From positions 5,873 to 69,872 of the IMG/VR virus record IMGVR_UViG_3300018427_002120: DNA of 64,000 nucleotides; one strand, written 5' to 3'. This stretch comes from a virus (Duplodnaviria > Caudoviricetes). The notes under the pieces were generated by a model that saw only the letters and a list, made by a program, of their open reading frames with translations, was not told where the DNA came from and did no database searches. Shown piece by piece: positions 37,295 to 46,630 of this stretch. How positions within the stretch are numbered: position 1 is the stretch's first letter; every line of letters starts with the position of its first letter. The position numbers and the translations under genes were made by a program.

Positions 37295-38874
37295 TGATGA
37301 ACCTGAGACCGTATCAGGCCCAGGCGAGAGATGCGGTCATTGCCGAGTGGGACAAAGGGCACCGGAAGACCCTTCTGGTGCTTCCCACCGGCACCGGTAA
37401 GACCGTAGTATTTTCTTCCATCGTAGGCCACCGTGTGGCCCGCGGTGGCAAGGCACTGATTCTCGCCCATCGAGGTGAACTGCTGACACAGGCGGCGAAC
37501 AAACTGCTGGCAGTTACCGGGCTGCCCTGCGGACTGGAAAAAGCAGAAAGTACCAGTTTGAACAGTAACCACAAGATCACCGTGGGTTCCGTTCAGACCA
37601 TGGCGCAGCCGCTCCGTCTTGCTAGATTTCCCAATGATTATTTTACCGACATCGTGGTGGATGAGGCCCACCATTGCCTGTCGGACAGCTACCAGCGTGT
37701 GCTGGAGCATTTTCCCAATGCCAATGTGCTGGGAGTTACCGCCACCCCGGATCGCGGCGACATGAAGAATCTGGGCCAGTATTTTGACAGTAAGGCTTTC
37801 GAATACAGCATGGGCCAGGCCATCCGTGAGAAGTACCTGTGCCCCATAAAGGCACAGATGATTCCCCTGGAACTGGATATTTCCGGAGTGAAGATCAGCA
37901 ACGGCGACTTCAGTTCCGGAGAAATCGGAAATGCTCTGGAGCCTTACTTACATCAAATCGCACAGGAAATGCTGCATTACTGCCAGAATCGGAAAACGGT
38001 TGTGTTCCTGCCCCTGGTTCATATCTCCCAGAAGTTCCGGGACATTCTGGAAACGGTGGGATTCCGTGCCGCCGAGGTCAACGGCAACAGTTCAGACCGG
38101 GAGCAGATTCTATCGGACTTTGAATCCGGAAAATATGATGTTCTCTGCAATTCCATGCTGCTGACGGAAGGGTGGGACTGTCCCTCCGTGGACTGTGTGG
38201 TGGTGCTGCGGCCTACCAAAATCCGGAGTCTCTATCAGCAGATGGTAGGCCGTGGAATGCGGCTGTATCCCGGAAAGGATCACCTGCTACTGTTGGATTT
38301 CCTCTGGTTGTCCCAACGGCATGATTTGTGCCGGCCCTCTGCGCTTATTTCCAAAGATGCGGTCATCGCTCAGATGATCGATCAGCGGATGAGCGATGAA
38401 GAAGACGGCATCGATCTTCTGGAAGCCGAGGAAGAAGCAGAAAAGGATGTTCTGACAGAGCGTGAAGAGGCACTTGCCCGGGAACTGGCAGAAATGCGGA
38501 TGCGGAAACGCAAGCTGGTAGATCCACTGCAGTACGCTGTTTCCATTGCCGCGGAGGATCTTGTGGGATATGTTCCCACCTTTGCTTGGGAGATGGCACC
38601 ACCTTCAGAAAAGCAACTTGCTTTCCTGGAAAAACGGGGCATCTTCGCAGAGTCCGTAGAGAACATGGGCAAAGCAAGCCTTCTCATTGACCGCTTGAAG
38701 CAGAGACAAAACCTGGGGCTGGCTACACCGAAGCAGATTCGCTGTCTGGAACGATACGGATTCCGTCAGGTCGGCACCTGGCAGTTCGATGATGCCAGAA
38801 AAATGATTTCCCGGCTGTCCATGAATAACTGGCGGATACCCATGGGCATCACGCCTTCTAAATATCAACCATAA
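37294..38874 (+). CDS. SF2 DEAD/DEAH helicase
   Basis: LRPYQ, PTGTGKT, DEAHH, TATPDR, QQMVGRGMR. Confidence 0.95.
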   Translation: MMNLRPYQAQARDAVIAEWDKGHRKTLLVLPTGTGKTVVFSSIVGHRVARGGKALILAHRGELLTQAANKLLAVTGLPCGLEKAESTSLNSNHKITVGSVQTMAQPLRLARFPNDYFTDIVVDEAHHCLSDSYQRVLEHFPNANVLGVTATPDRGDMKNLGQYFDSKAFEYSMGQAIREKYLCPIKAQMIPLELDISGVKISNGDFSSGEIGNALEPYLHQIAQEMLHYCQNRKTVVFLPLVHISQKFRDILETVGFRAAEVNGNSSDREQILSDFESGKYDVLCNSMLLTEGWDCPSVDCVVVLRPTKIRSLYQQMVGRGMRLYPGKDHLLLLDFLWLSQRHDLCRPSALISKDAVIAQMIDQRMSDEEDGIDLLEAEEEAEKDVLTEREEALARELAEMRMRKRKLVDPLQYAVSIAAEDLVGYVPTFAWEMAPPSEKQLAFLEKRGIFAESVENMGKASLLIDRLKQRQNLGLATPKQIRCLERYGFRQVGTWQFDDARKMISRLSMNNWRIPMGITPSKYQP

Positions 38875-38888
38875 TCGGAGGTTAAATT

Positions 38889-40895
38889 ATGAGCAACATT
38901 TTATCTGCGCTGAAGCAGATCAACCCTGGTGCGGTATCGTACCAGGAATGGATCAATGTAGGCATGGCCCTGAAAGCGGAAGGCTACGGTTGGGAGGTCT
39001 GGGATGACTGGAGCCGGGCAGACAGCCGCTACCATGCGGGTGAATGTGAGCGGAAATGGAGTACCTTCCGTGGCAGCACCTCTCCCATTACCGGGGCGAC
39101 CATCGTGCAGATGGCAAAGGACTACGGTTGGACACCTACCGGTCCTGCATCTGCCATGGACTGGAACGATGTGATCATGGATGACGGCGATAACTTCACA
39201 CAGTATGCCGCCCCGGAGAATTGGAATCCTGCAGAGGAACTGATTACCTATCTCGAAACCCTGTTCGACAAGGACGATGTTGTCGGTTATGTGACCAACG
39301 ATGTCTGGCAGGATTCGGAAGGCAGATGGGTTCCTGCCAAGGGTGTATTCTCCCGGACTGCCGGGGAACTGATTGCATCTATCCGGAAACATCCGGATGA
39401 CCTGGGTGCAACCATCGGCGACTGGAAAAAAGATGTGGGCGCATGGATCAGATTCAATGCTCTGGACGGCGAAGGTGTCCGTAATGACAATGTGACCCAG
39501 TTCAAATATGCCCTGGTGGAATCCGACAGTATGCCAGTTGCCGATCAGGATGCCATGTATCGGAAACTGGAACTTCCCATTGCCTGCCTGGTGCACTCCG
39601 GCGGCAAGAGCCTCCATGCCATTGTCAAAGTGGACGCTCCGGATTATACGGAATACCGCAAGCGCGTGGAATTCCTCTATGATTTCCTACAAAAAAACGG
39701 TGTCCACGTGGACAAGCAGAATCGTAACCCTTCCCGGCTTTCCAGAATGCCCGGTGTGACCCGAAACAGCAACCGGCAGTATTTGGTGGCTACCAATATA
39801 GGCAGAAAGAGCTGGGTGGACTGGCTGGACTTTGCCGAGGGTGTCACCGACGAGTTGCCGGACATGGTTTCTCTGGACAGTTACAAGGATAATCCCCCCG
39901 CACTTCCGGAGGAACTGATTAAGGGCATCCTTCGCTGCGGCCACAAGATGCTGATTTCTGGACCCTCCAAGGCCGGTAAGAGTTTTGCTCTTATGGAACT
40001 GAGCATCGCTATCGCGGAGGGCAAGCCCTGGCTGGGATTCCCTTGTAAAAAGGGACGTGTGCTGTATGTGAATCTGGAAATTGATCCTGCTTCCTGCATT
40101 ATGCGGTTCATGAAAATTTATGATGCTCTGAAGCTGCCCAGGAAGAACATGGACAACATTGTGGTCTGGAATCTCCGAGGTCATGCGGTGCCTCTGGACA
40201 AATTGGTCCCGAAGCTAATTCGCAGAGTCAGGGATCAGCACTTCGATGCCATCATCGTGGACCCCATCTATAAGGTGATTACCGGCGACGAGAATAACGC
40301 ATCGGATATGGCCATGTTCTGCAACCAGTTCGATAAGATCTGTACCGAGACCGGCTGTGCCACCATTTACTGTCATCACCATTCCAAAGGCACCCAGGGC
40401 AACAAGAAGGCCATGGATCGTGCCAGCGGCAGCGGTGTGTTTGCCCGTGACCCGGATGCCCAGTTGGATATGACACCTCTGATGTTGTCCGAAAGTCAGG
40501 AAACCATGCTCCGAGACGGTAACGCAACGGCATGGCGGTTGGAGTCCAATCTCAGAGAATTTGAGAATATCCGTCCAGTCAACTTCTGGTTCGAATATCC
40601 CATTCACCGAGTGGATACCAGCGGAGAATTGGAGCGCGCTTTCACGGAAGGTAGCTTTGATGCTGTCAGGGCAAAGAACAAAAAGAATACCAGTTTTGAT
40701 GAGCGTCGGGAATCCATTGAGACCGCATTCCAGGCCTGTTCCATTGAACAGCCTGTAACAGTGGCCGCGATGGCAAGCTATTTGGGTAAGTCAGAACGGT
40801 GTATCCGAGATCGTTTGAAGGAAATGAAGGACGTTTTCTGGTGCCGTCAGGGTACCGTTGGAAGGGTCGATGATGCTGATTTGACGGAAAACTGA
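38889..40895 (+). CDS. Primase-helicase (PriCT-2 + AAA_25)
   Basis: YQEWINVGMALK..W..WS; SGGKSLH; GPSKAGKS; IVDPIY; HHHSKG. Confidence 0.9.
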   Translation: MSNILSALKQINPGAVSYQEWINVGMALKAEGYGWEVWDDWSRADSRYHAGECERKWSTFRGSTSPITGATIVQMAKDYGWTPTGPASAMDWNDVIMDDGDNFTQYAAPENWNPAEELITYLETLFDKDDVVGYVTNDVWQDSEGRWVPAKGVFSRTAGELIASIRKHPDDLGATIGDWKKDVGAWIRFNALDGEGVRNDNVTQFKYALVESDSMPVADQDAMYRKLELPIACLVHSGGKSLHAIVKVDAPDYTEYRKRVEFLYDFLQKNGVHVDKQNRNPSRLSRMPGVTRNSNRQYLVATNIGRKSWVDWLDFAEGVTDELPDMVSLDSYKDNPPALPEELIKGILRCGHKMLISGPSKAGKSFALMELSIAIAEGKPWLGFPCKKGRVLYVNLEIDPASCIMRFMKIYDALKLPRKNMDNIVVWNLRGHAVPLDKLVPKLIRRVRDQHFDAIIVDPIYKVITGDENNASDMAMFCNQFDKICTETGCATIYCHHHSKGTQGNKKAMDRASGSGVFARDPDAQLDMTPLMLSESQETMLRDGNATAWRLESNLREFENIRPVNFWFEYPIHRVDTSGELERAFTEGSFDAVRAKNKKNTSFDERRESIETAFQACSIEQPVTVAAMASYLGKSERCIRDRLKEMKDVFWCRQGTVGRVDDADLTEN

Positions 40896-41048
40896 TTTTT
40901 TCCAGTTTTCCTTCCGGAAACGGAAATCTGCATTATATATAGATAACTTTCGTTCTCTATCGTTCACGCGTGTGGGAAAGGCTGATAGCCTAGCCTTTCC
41001 CCACTGCGAAACGATAACATAAAAGGTTTTCTCAACTGGAGGTACAGT

Positions 41049-41450
41049 ATGAATTTCTTTATCGCAATGACACCGCCCACCGCCACTGCCCAGGAGCGGA
41101 AGGTGCGGATTTATAAAAACAAGCCCATCTTCTACGATCCCCCTGCAGTGAAGGAGGCAAAAGCAAAGCTGTCAGCGTATCTGTCCATCAACAGACCGAT
41201 GCAATCCTACGAAGGGCCGGTATCCTTAAGAACGCTGTGGCTGTTCCCCAGAGGAAAGAGCCATCGCAACGGAGACTGGCGTTGCACCCGCCCGGATACA
41301 GACAACCTACAGAAAATGCTGAAGGACTGCATGACCAAAACCGGCTACTGGAAGGATGATGCCCAGGTTGCCCGGGAGATTATTGAAAAGCGTTGGTCGG
41401 ACGAGCCCTGTGGCATTTACATCGAAATTGAGAAATTGGAGGAGAATTAA
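41049..41450 (+). CDS. rusA: RusA-family Holliday junction resolvase
   Basis: RPDTDNLQKMLKD...WKDDAQV. Confidence 0.9.
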   Translation: MNFFIAMTPPTATAQERKVRIYKNKPIFYDPPAVKEAKAKLSAYLSINRPMQSYEGPVSLRTLWLFPRGKSHRNGDWRCTRPDTDNLQKMLKDCMTKTGYWKDDAQVAREIIEKRWSDEPCGIYIEIEKLEEN

Positions 41451-41451
41451 A

Positions 41452-41667
41452 ATGGGATATGGTTATTACAGAAATCACGAGGGTTATTATGACCCCACCG
41501 CTGGTACCGTCTTCGCCAAGCTGGAACGCGAAAACCGGAAAAAGAGAAGCGATCGCCGGAAGGCGCAGCGGAAGCGGAATGCACAGATTCGCAAGCTGAC
41601 TGCACATAGAAATCAGTACGCTACAGGAATTCGTCTTTCAGAAAGAGAGGTATCCAATGACGGCTAA
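41452..41667 (+). CDS. Small basic phage protein
   Basis: RNHEGYYDPTAG; GGAGG RBS. Confidence 0.7.
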   Translation: MGYGYYRNHEGYYDPTAGTVFAKLERENRKKRSDRRKAQRKRNAQIRKLTAHRNQYATGIRLSEREVSNDG

Positions 41668-42064
41668 AGAATACTTAGGACAGGCGTATCGGTTGGATCA
41701 GCGGATTAACAGCAAGCTGGAGCAGGTTCTTTCCCTGCGTGACCTTACCAAGAAGGCCACCGCTACCATGAGTGGTATGCCCGGTAGTTCCAGTCCCAAT
41801 GTTCATAAGATGCAGGACATCATCGTAAAAATTGTGGATCTGGAAAATGAGATCAATGCGGATATTGATCAGTTGGTAGATCTCAAGCGAGAGATGGTTG
41901 CGGTAATCAAGGCAGTAAAAAATCCGGAATTTCAAACGTTACTGGAATTGCGGTATTTATGCTTCAAGACTTGGGAACAGATTGCTGTGGATATGCAGTA
42001 TAGCACACGCAATATTTATAAGCTACATGATAGTGCCATCGCAGCAATTGTCATACCTCAATAA
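41657..42064 (+). CDS. Late transcription activator-like protein (DUF1492/ArpU-like)
   Basis: MTAKEYLGQAY, LLELRYLCFKTWEQIAVDM. Confidence 0.8.
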   Translation: MTAKEYLGQAYRLDQRINSKLEQVLSLRDLTKKATATMSGMPGSSSPNVHKMQDIIVKIVDLENEINADIDQLVDLKREMVAVIKAVKNPEFQTLLELRYLCFKTWEQIAVDMQYSTRNIYKLHDSAIAAIVIPQ

Positions 42065-42194
42065 CGCTAAACGGGCACGCCTTCTAGCAGGGAGTGCCCG
42101 TTGCTGCATATAAATGAAAAGAGGAGCCGAACTTCTCCGGCTCCCTAAGTATGCATCCGCAAATACATATCCCAATTTATATTACATTTTTTGC

Positions 42195-42256
42195 AAAAAA
42201 AGGAACCGGAGACAGGCACCGGTTCCAATAAAACCACGAAGTGATTTTTGTTCTAC
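42195..42256 (-). ncRNA. Predicted ~60-nt small RNA downstream of the Abi gene (candidate RNA antitoxin)
   Basis: Own promoter TTGACT-17-TATACT (42291-42263), hairpin AAAATCAC/GTGGTTTT, terminator GGAACCGG/CCGGTTCC + T7; no ORF. Confidence 0.6.
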
Positions 42257-42300
42257 GTTAATAGTATATGCGCGCGGACCCGAAAAGTCAACCCCCAATT

Positions 42301-43293
42301 TTAGGATAGTTTGTTCAGGATCTCCGCTACGAAGCGATAAGTGCTAATTAGACCTTGCTGCTTTGCGTAATACTCCTTGTTTTCCAGGATTCTCTCGTTG
42401 AACAGTGCTTTCGCCGTATCAAGACCCTTTTTACGGGAGGATTCCGGTACAATTTTGCAATATACAAGTAACAGTGCTAGAAAATCGTGCGTAGTTGGAT
42501 TTTGCAACTGCTGCGCCACTTTATCCGCCTTGTAGCTGGAAATTTTGTTGATTGCATTTCTAAGCTCATAGGAAGGATTGATGGATCGGGAATAAGGAGC
42601 CCGCATTTGGTTCAGCAAACAGTTGTTGTGAGCTGCTGCGTTGCGGATCATTTTAATTGCGTACAGATAACCACGGCAATCATCATCAAACTTGTTTTCT
42701 GAATAAAACAGATTATACAGATCAATGAAGGGACCGAAAGAGATGAGTTCCACGATGCTCCAGATGGCCCATGCATCCTTTCGCTTTGCAATGATCTGAT
42801 GGCAGGTAGAGGTATTAACCTTCTTTTCAATCTCGTCCTTCAAATCAGGTTGCATGGCAAAAAGTTTTCTGACAATAGCATACCCATCTTCATCGACCAT
42901 TGTGCAGTGGTTGAGCATCCGTACTTTTAAATAATGCTCCAAATCCAAGCACATATTCAGAATGATTTTTCTGAATTCCGCATCGATTTTTGAAAGATCC
43001 ACCAGATGGGCAAAATCCAAGTTAATATAGCGGTTGTCCTTTTCTGGGTCCTTATATCTGTCAAAGTTATGGGCATACGCCTTCAACTTGAAATAGTAGT
43101 TGTGCTCGGCAAGGAATGTACGCGCAGCAGTTTCTTTGTAAAGATCGAAAGCAATACCCTTCCGTTTCATGTGTTCAATTTGCTGCGGTATGGAGAGCTT
43201 CGGTGGAAGTGTAGCATGAGCATTACCTGCCGGGATTATTTCACCGATGAATCTTTTTTCCAGAAAAGACACCACCTTTCTTTGCTTAATCAT
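42301..43293 (-). CDS. Abi-family (Abi_2, AbiD/AbiF-like) HEPN protein
   Basis: YYFKLKAY, DFAHLVDLSKIDAEFR, ELISFG, IRNAAAHNN (RxxxxH); inverted relative to phage genes. Confidence 0.9.
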   Translation of the reverse strand: MIKQRKVVSFLEKRFIGEIIPAGNAHATLPPKLSIPQQIEHMKRKGIAFDLYKETAARTFLAEHNYYFKLKAYAHNFDRYKDPEKDNRYINLDFAHLVDLSKIDAEFRKIILNMCLDLEHYLKVRMLNHCTMVDEDGYAIVRKLFAMQPDLKDEIEKKVNTSTCHQIIAKRKDAWAIWSIVELISFGPFIDLYNLFYSENKFDDDCRGYLYAIKMIRNAAAHNNCLLNQMRAPYSRSINPSYELRNAINKISSYKADKVAQQLQNPTTHDFLALLLVYCKIVPESSRKKGLDTAKALFNERILENKEYYAKQQGLISTYRFVAEILNKLS

Positions 43294-43506
43294 TACATAT
43301 ATGGTAGTGCTAATGTCGAAAAAAGTCAATCATTTTATGTGGTTAGTTCTTTGCTAATATAGGTTTTATTTGCATAATCGGTGCAGTAAAATTCATTGTT
43401 TTTCAGTATAGTCCTATGGTATTATTATAATCGCCAAGAACATCAAGAGAGCCTCGTGGGAGAAATTCCACGGGGCTTTTCTTATGCCCTGACGGAGGTG
43501 TTGCAT

Positions 43507-43590
43507 ATGGGCTACCGAAAGGTTGGCTACATGGAGCAGCTCTGGTACATCTTCAAGCACATGATTAGGCGGCTGCTCCACAGGAGGTGA
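43507..43590 (+). CDS. 27-aa peptide preceding HNH
   Basis: GGAGG RBS; MGYRKVGYMEQLWYIFKHMIRRLLHRR. Confidence 0.5.
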   Translation: MGYRKVGYMEQLWYIFKHMIRRLLHRR

Positions 43591-43595
43591 ATTCA

Positions 43596-43943
43596 ATGCC
43601 CAAAAGGCCAAAACGACCCTGCTCCTATCCCGGCTGTCCCAAGCTGACAGATGGACAGTATTGTGAGGACCATGCTGCTGTTGCACGGCGGCAGTACAAC
43701 AAATACGAACGCGCCCCGGATATCAACAAGAAGTATGGTCGGGCATGGAAACGCATCCGGGATCGCCATGCCGCCCAACATCCTCTTTGTGAACGGTGCC
43801 TGGAAGAAGGGCGACTCGTTCCCATGGAAGAAGTCCACCACAAGGTGCCTGTTTCCAAGGGTGGCACCCACGCAAGGGACAATCTCATGTCTTTATGCCG
43901 TTCTTGTCACAACAAGATTCATCATGAAATTGGTGACCGCTGA
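43596..43943 (+). CDS. Terminase-associated HNH endonuclease
   Basis: CSYPGC, LCERC, VHHKVP..GG.H..DNLMSLCRSCHNKIH. Confidence 0.93.
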   Translation: MPKRPKRPCSYPGCPKLTDGQYCEDHAAVARRQYNKYERAPDINKKYGRAWKRIRDRHAAQHPLCERCLEEGRLVPMEEVHHKVPVSKGGTHARDNLMSLCRSCHNKIHHEIGDR

Positions 43944-44040
43944 CACCCAGGGGCGGGTCAGATCTCCGGAATGAAAAACCTGGGGCAGCGGCCCGGGGCT
44001 TCGTGTGAAAAATCGCAAAAGTTTTAAGGGGAATAGGCCC
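43944..44040. other. Probable cos region
   Basis: GC-rich non-coding gap between HNH and terS, the usual cos position in HK97-like phages; exact site not identifiable. Confidence 0.35.
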
Positions 44041-44062
44041 CTGACAAAGGAGGTATCGAACC

Positions 44063-44602
44063 ATGGGCCAAAGAGGACCCAAACCCGGCTCCGGTGGCAG
44101 ACCGAAAAAAGCCATCGCAGATAAAATTACGGACGGCAATCCCGGCAAGCGTCCGCTGACTGTCATTGATTTCAAAGACAGCGTGGCTGACCTGGAAGGT
44201 CAGGATATGCCCCAACCCAAGGAGTTCCTTTCTGCCAGACAGAAAGACGGCTCCACGCTCTGTGCTGCAGAGATTTATGAAAATGTGTGGAAATGGCTGC
44301 GTGACCGTGGGTGTGCCGCCATCGTCTCTCCGGACCTGATTGAACGGTATGCTCTGGCCAGTGCAAGATGGATTCAGTGTGAGTCCATTACCAGTGAAGT
44401 TGGTTTCCTAGCAAAGCATCCCACTACCGGGGCAGCGATCCAGTCTCCCTATGTTTCCATTGCCAATCAGTACATGACCCAGGCAAACCGACTGTGGTCT
44501 GAGATTTTCCAGATCGTCCGGGAGAACTGTACCGGCGATTACACTGGGGCCAGTCCCGAAGATGATGTCATGGAGCGGCTGCTCCGTGCAAGGAAAGGAT
44601 GA
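44063..44602 (+). CDS. terS: Terminase small subunit (P27 family)
   Basis: MGQRGPKP, GNPGKRPL, QSPYVSIA. Confidence 0.9.
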   Translation: MGQRGPKPGSGGRPKKAIADKITDGNPGKRPLTVIDFKDSVADLEGQDMPQPKEFLSARQKDGSTLCAAEIYENVWKWLRDRGCAAIVSPDLIERYALASARWIQCESITSEVGFLAKHPTTGAAIQSPYVSIANQYMTQANRLWSEIFQIVRENCTGDYTGASPEDDVMERLLRARKG

Positions 44603-44606
44603 TTTC

Positions 44607-45392
44607 ATGTTTGAAAAAGTAAACCCGGCGCATCCTGATAAGCTGGCAGACCGTATTGCCGGTGCTATCGTGGACATCGCCTACGAAACCCAAATCGATC
44701 CCAAAATCGCCGTGGAGGTGCTGATCGGTCATGGTGTTTGCCATGCCATCATCGAAACCTCCGCCGTTTTGAATCTGCGGAAAATCAAGGATGCCATTCA
44801 TCGCATTGCCGGCAATGTCCGTCCCAATGTGGTTATCGTTCCTCAGGACAGGCATCTGGCCCGCAATCAGGAAGAAACCGTCCGCTGCGGCGACAACGGC
44901 ATCTTCAAGGGTATGCCCATGACCCGGGAGCAGCATATGCTGTGCAGCTTCGCCTACGATATTTACAGCCGGTATCCCTATGATGGTAAGTACATCATGG
45001 ACGGAAACCGGCTTGTTATCTGTCAGAGCAACGCAGAGGCAGAGGCAATCCGCAAAACATATCCCTTTGCGGAAATCAATCCCCTGGGTGCCTGGACCGG
45101 CGGCACGGATGTGGACACCGGTGCTACCAACCGAAAGCTGGGCAGCGATATGGGTGATTCCGTTACCGGCGGTGGTCTCCACGGTAAGGACCTCAGCAAA
45201 GCAGATGTCAGTGTCAATATCTATGCGTTTCTCAAGGCCCAGGAAACCGGACAGCCTGTGGAACTGAGCTGCGCCATCGGTGATGAATTCATCGACGGTA
45301 TTCCCTACGAAGAAATCGTAGAAACGGCGAGGGGCTTCATCCATTCTATCGGTGGATTTGAGAAGTTCGCTGAGTGGGGTCTGGTATGGTAA
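44607..45392 (+). CDS. metK: Compact phage-type S-adenosylmethionine synthetase
   Basis: HPDKLADRIA, GDNGIF, DTGATNRKL, GGGLHGKDLSKAD. Confidence 0.88.
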   Translation: MFEKVNPAHPDKLADRIAGAIVDIAYETQIDPKIAVEVLIGHGVCHAIIETSAVLNLRKIKDAIHRIAGNVRPNVVIVPQDRHLARNQEETVRCGDNGIFKGMPMTREQHMLCSFAYDIYSRYPYDGKYIMDGNRLVICQSNAEAEAIRKTYPFAEINPLGAWTGGTDVDTGATNRKLGSDMGDSVTGGGLHGKDLSKADVSVNIYAFLKAQETGQPVELSCAIGDEFIDGIPYEEIVETARGFIHSIGGFEKFAEWGLVW

Positions 45393-46630
45393 TTGAAAAG
45401 AAAAATACGGCAGATCTTCTGCCTGCTGACTACAATCCCCGTAAGGATCTGAAACCCGGTGATCTGGAATACGAAAAGCTGAAACGCTCCATTGAACAGT
45501 TCGGTTATGTGGAGCCGGTCATCTGGAACAAGGCAACCGGCAGGGTTGTGGGTGGTCACCAGCGGCTGAAGGTGCTGATTGATATGGGACATTCCCAGGT
45601 GGACTGTGTCGTGGTGGATCTGTCTGAGGAAAAGGAAAAGGCACTGAATGTGGCGCTGAACAAGATCAGCGGCGACTGGGATAAGGACAAGCTGTCTCTG
45701 CTGATCGCTGACCTGCAGGGTGCCGATTTCGATGTTTCCCTCACGGGCTTTGACCCTGCGGAAATCGATGATCTTTTCAAAGACACCCTCAAGGATGGTG
45801 TCAAGGAAGATGACTTTGATGTGGATGCGGAACTGGAAAAGCCAACTATTACGAAATCCGGAGACATCTGGACCCTGGGGCGGCACCGTCTGATCTGCGG
45901 TGACAGCACCAAAGCGGAAACCTACGAGCAGCTGCTCGATGGCAAGAAGGTCAACCTGGTCATTACCGACCCTCCCTACAATGTCAATTACGAAGGTTCT
46001 GCCGGTAAGATTAAAAATGACAATATGGCCAACGATGCCTTCTATCAGTTCCTGCTGGATGCCTACACCCAGATGCATTCTGCCATGGCGGATGACGCAT
46101 CTATCTATGTGTTCCACGCAGACACTGAGGGTCTGAATTTCCGCAGGGCATTTGTCGATGCGGGATTCTATTTGTCCGGGTGCTGTATCTGGAAAAAACA
46201 GTCTCTGGTGCTGGGCCGGTCGCCCTATCAGTGGCAGCATGAGCCTTGTCTGTATGGTTGGAAGAAAAACGGAAAGCATCAGTGGTACACAGGTCGGAAG
46301 GAAACCACCATCTGGGAATTCGATAAACCCAGGAAAAATGGTGACCATCCTACCATGAAACCCATTCCGCTGTTGGCATACCCCATCATGAATTCTTCCA
46401 TGACCAACTGTCTGGTACTGGACCCCTTCGGCGGTTCCGGCTCCACCCTGATTGCCTGTGAGCAGACCGACCGCATTTGCTATACCATCGAACTGGACGA
46501 AAAATTCTGCGATGTTATCGTAAAGCGGTACATCGAGCAGGTAGGCAGTGATGCCGGTGTGACCGTGCAGCGGGACGGTGTATCCTTTTCCTATGCTGAG
46601 ATTACAGCACTGGAGGATACCAATGAGTAA
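45386..46630 (+). CDS. ParB-N + N6/N4 DNA methyltransferase
   Basis: YNPRK, VVGGHQRL; ITDPPY, HPTMKP, LDPFGGSGST. Confidence 0.93.
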   Translation: MVIEKKNTADLLPADYNPRKDLKPGDLEYEKLKRSIEQFGYVEPVIWNKATGRVVGGHQRLKVLIDMGHSQVDCVVVDLSEEKEKALNVALNKISGDWDKDKLSLLIADLQGADFDVSLTGFDPAEIDDLFKDTLKDGVKEDDFDVDAELEKPTITKSGDIWTLGRHRLICGDSTKAETYEQLLDGKKVNLVITDPPYNVNYEGSAGKIKNDNMANDAFYQFLLDAYTQMHSAMADDASIYVFHADTEGLNFRRAFVDAGFYLSGCCIWKKQSLVLGRSPYQWQHEPCLYGWKKNGKHQWYTGRKETTIWEFDKPRKNGDHPTMKPIPLLAYPIMNSSMTNCLVLDPFGGSGSTLIACEQTDRICYTIELDEKFCDVIVKRYIEQVGSDAGVTVQRDGVSFSYAEITALEDTNE

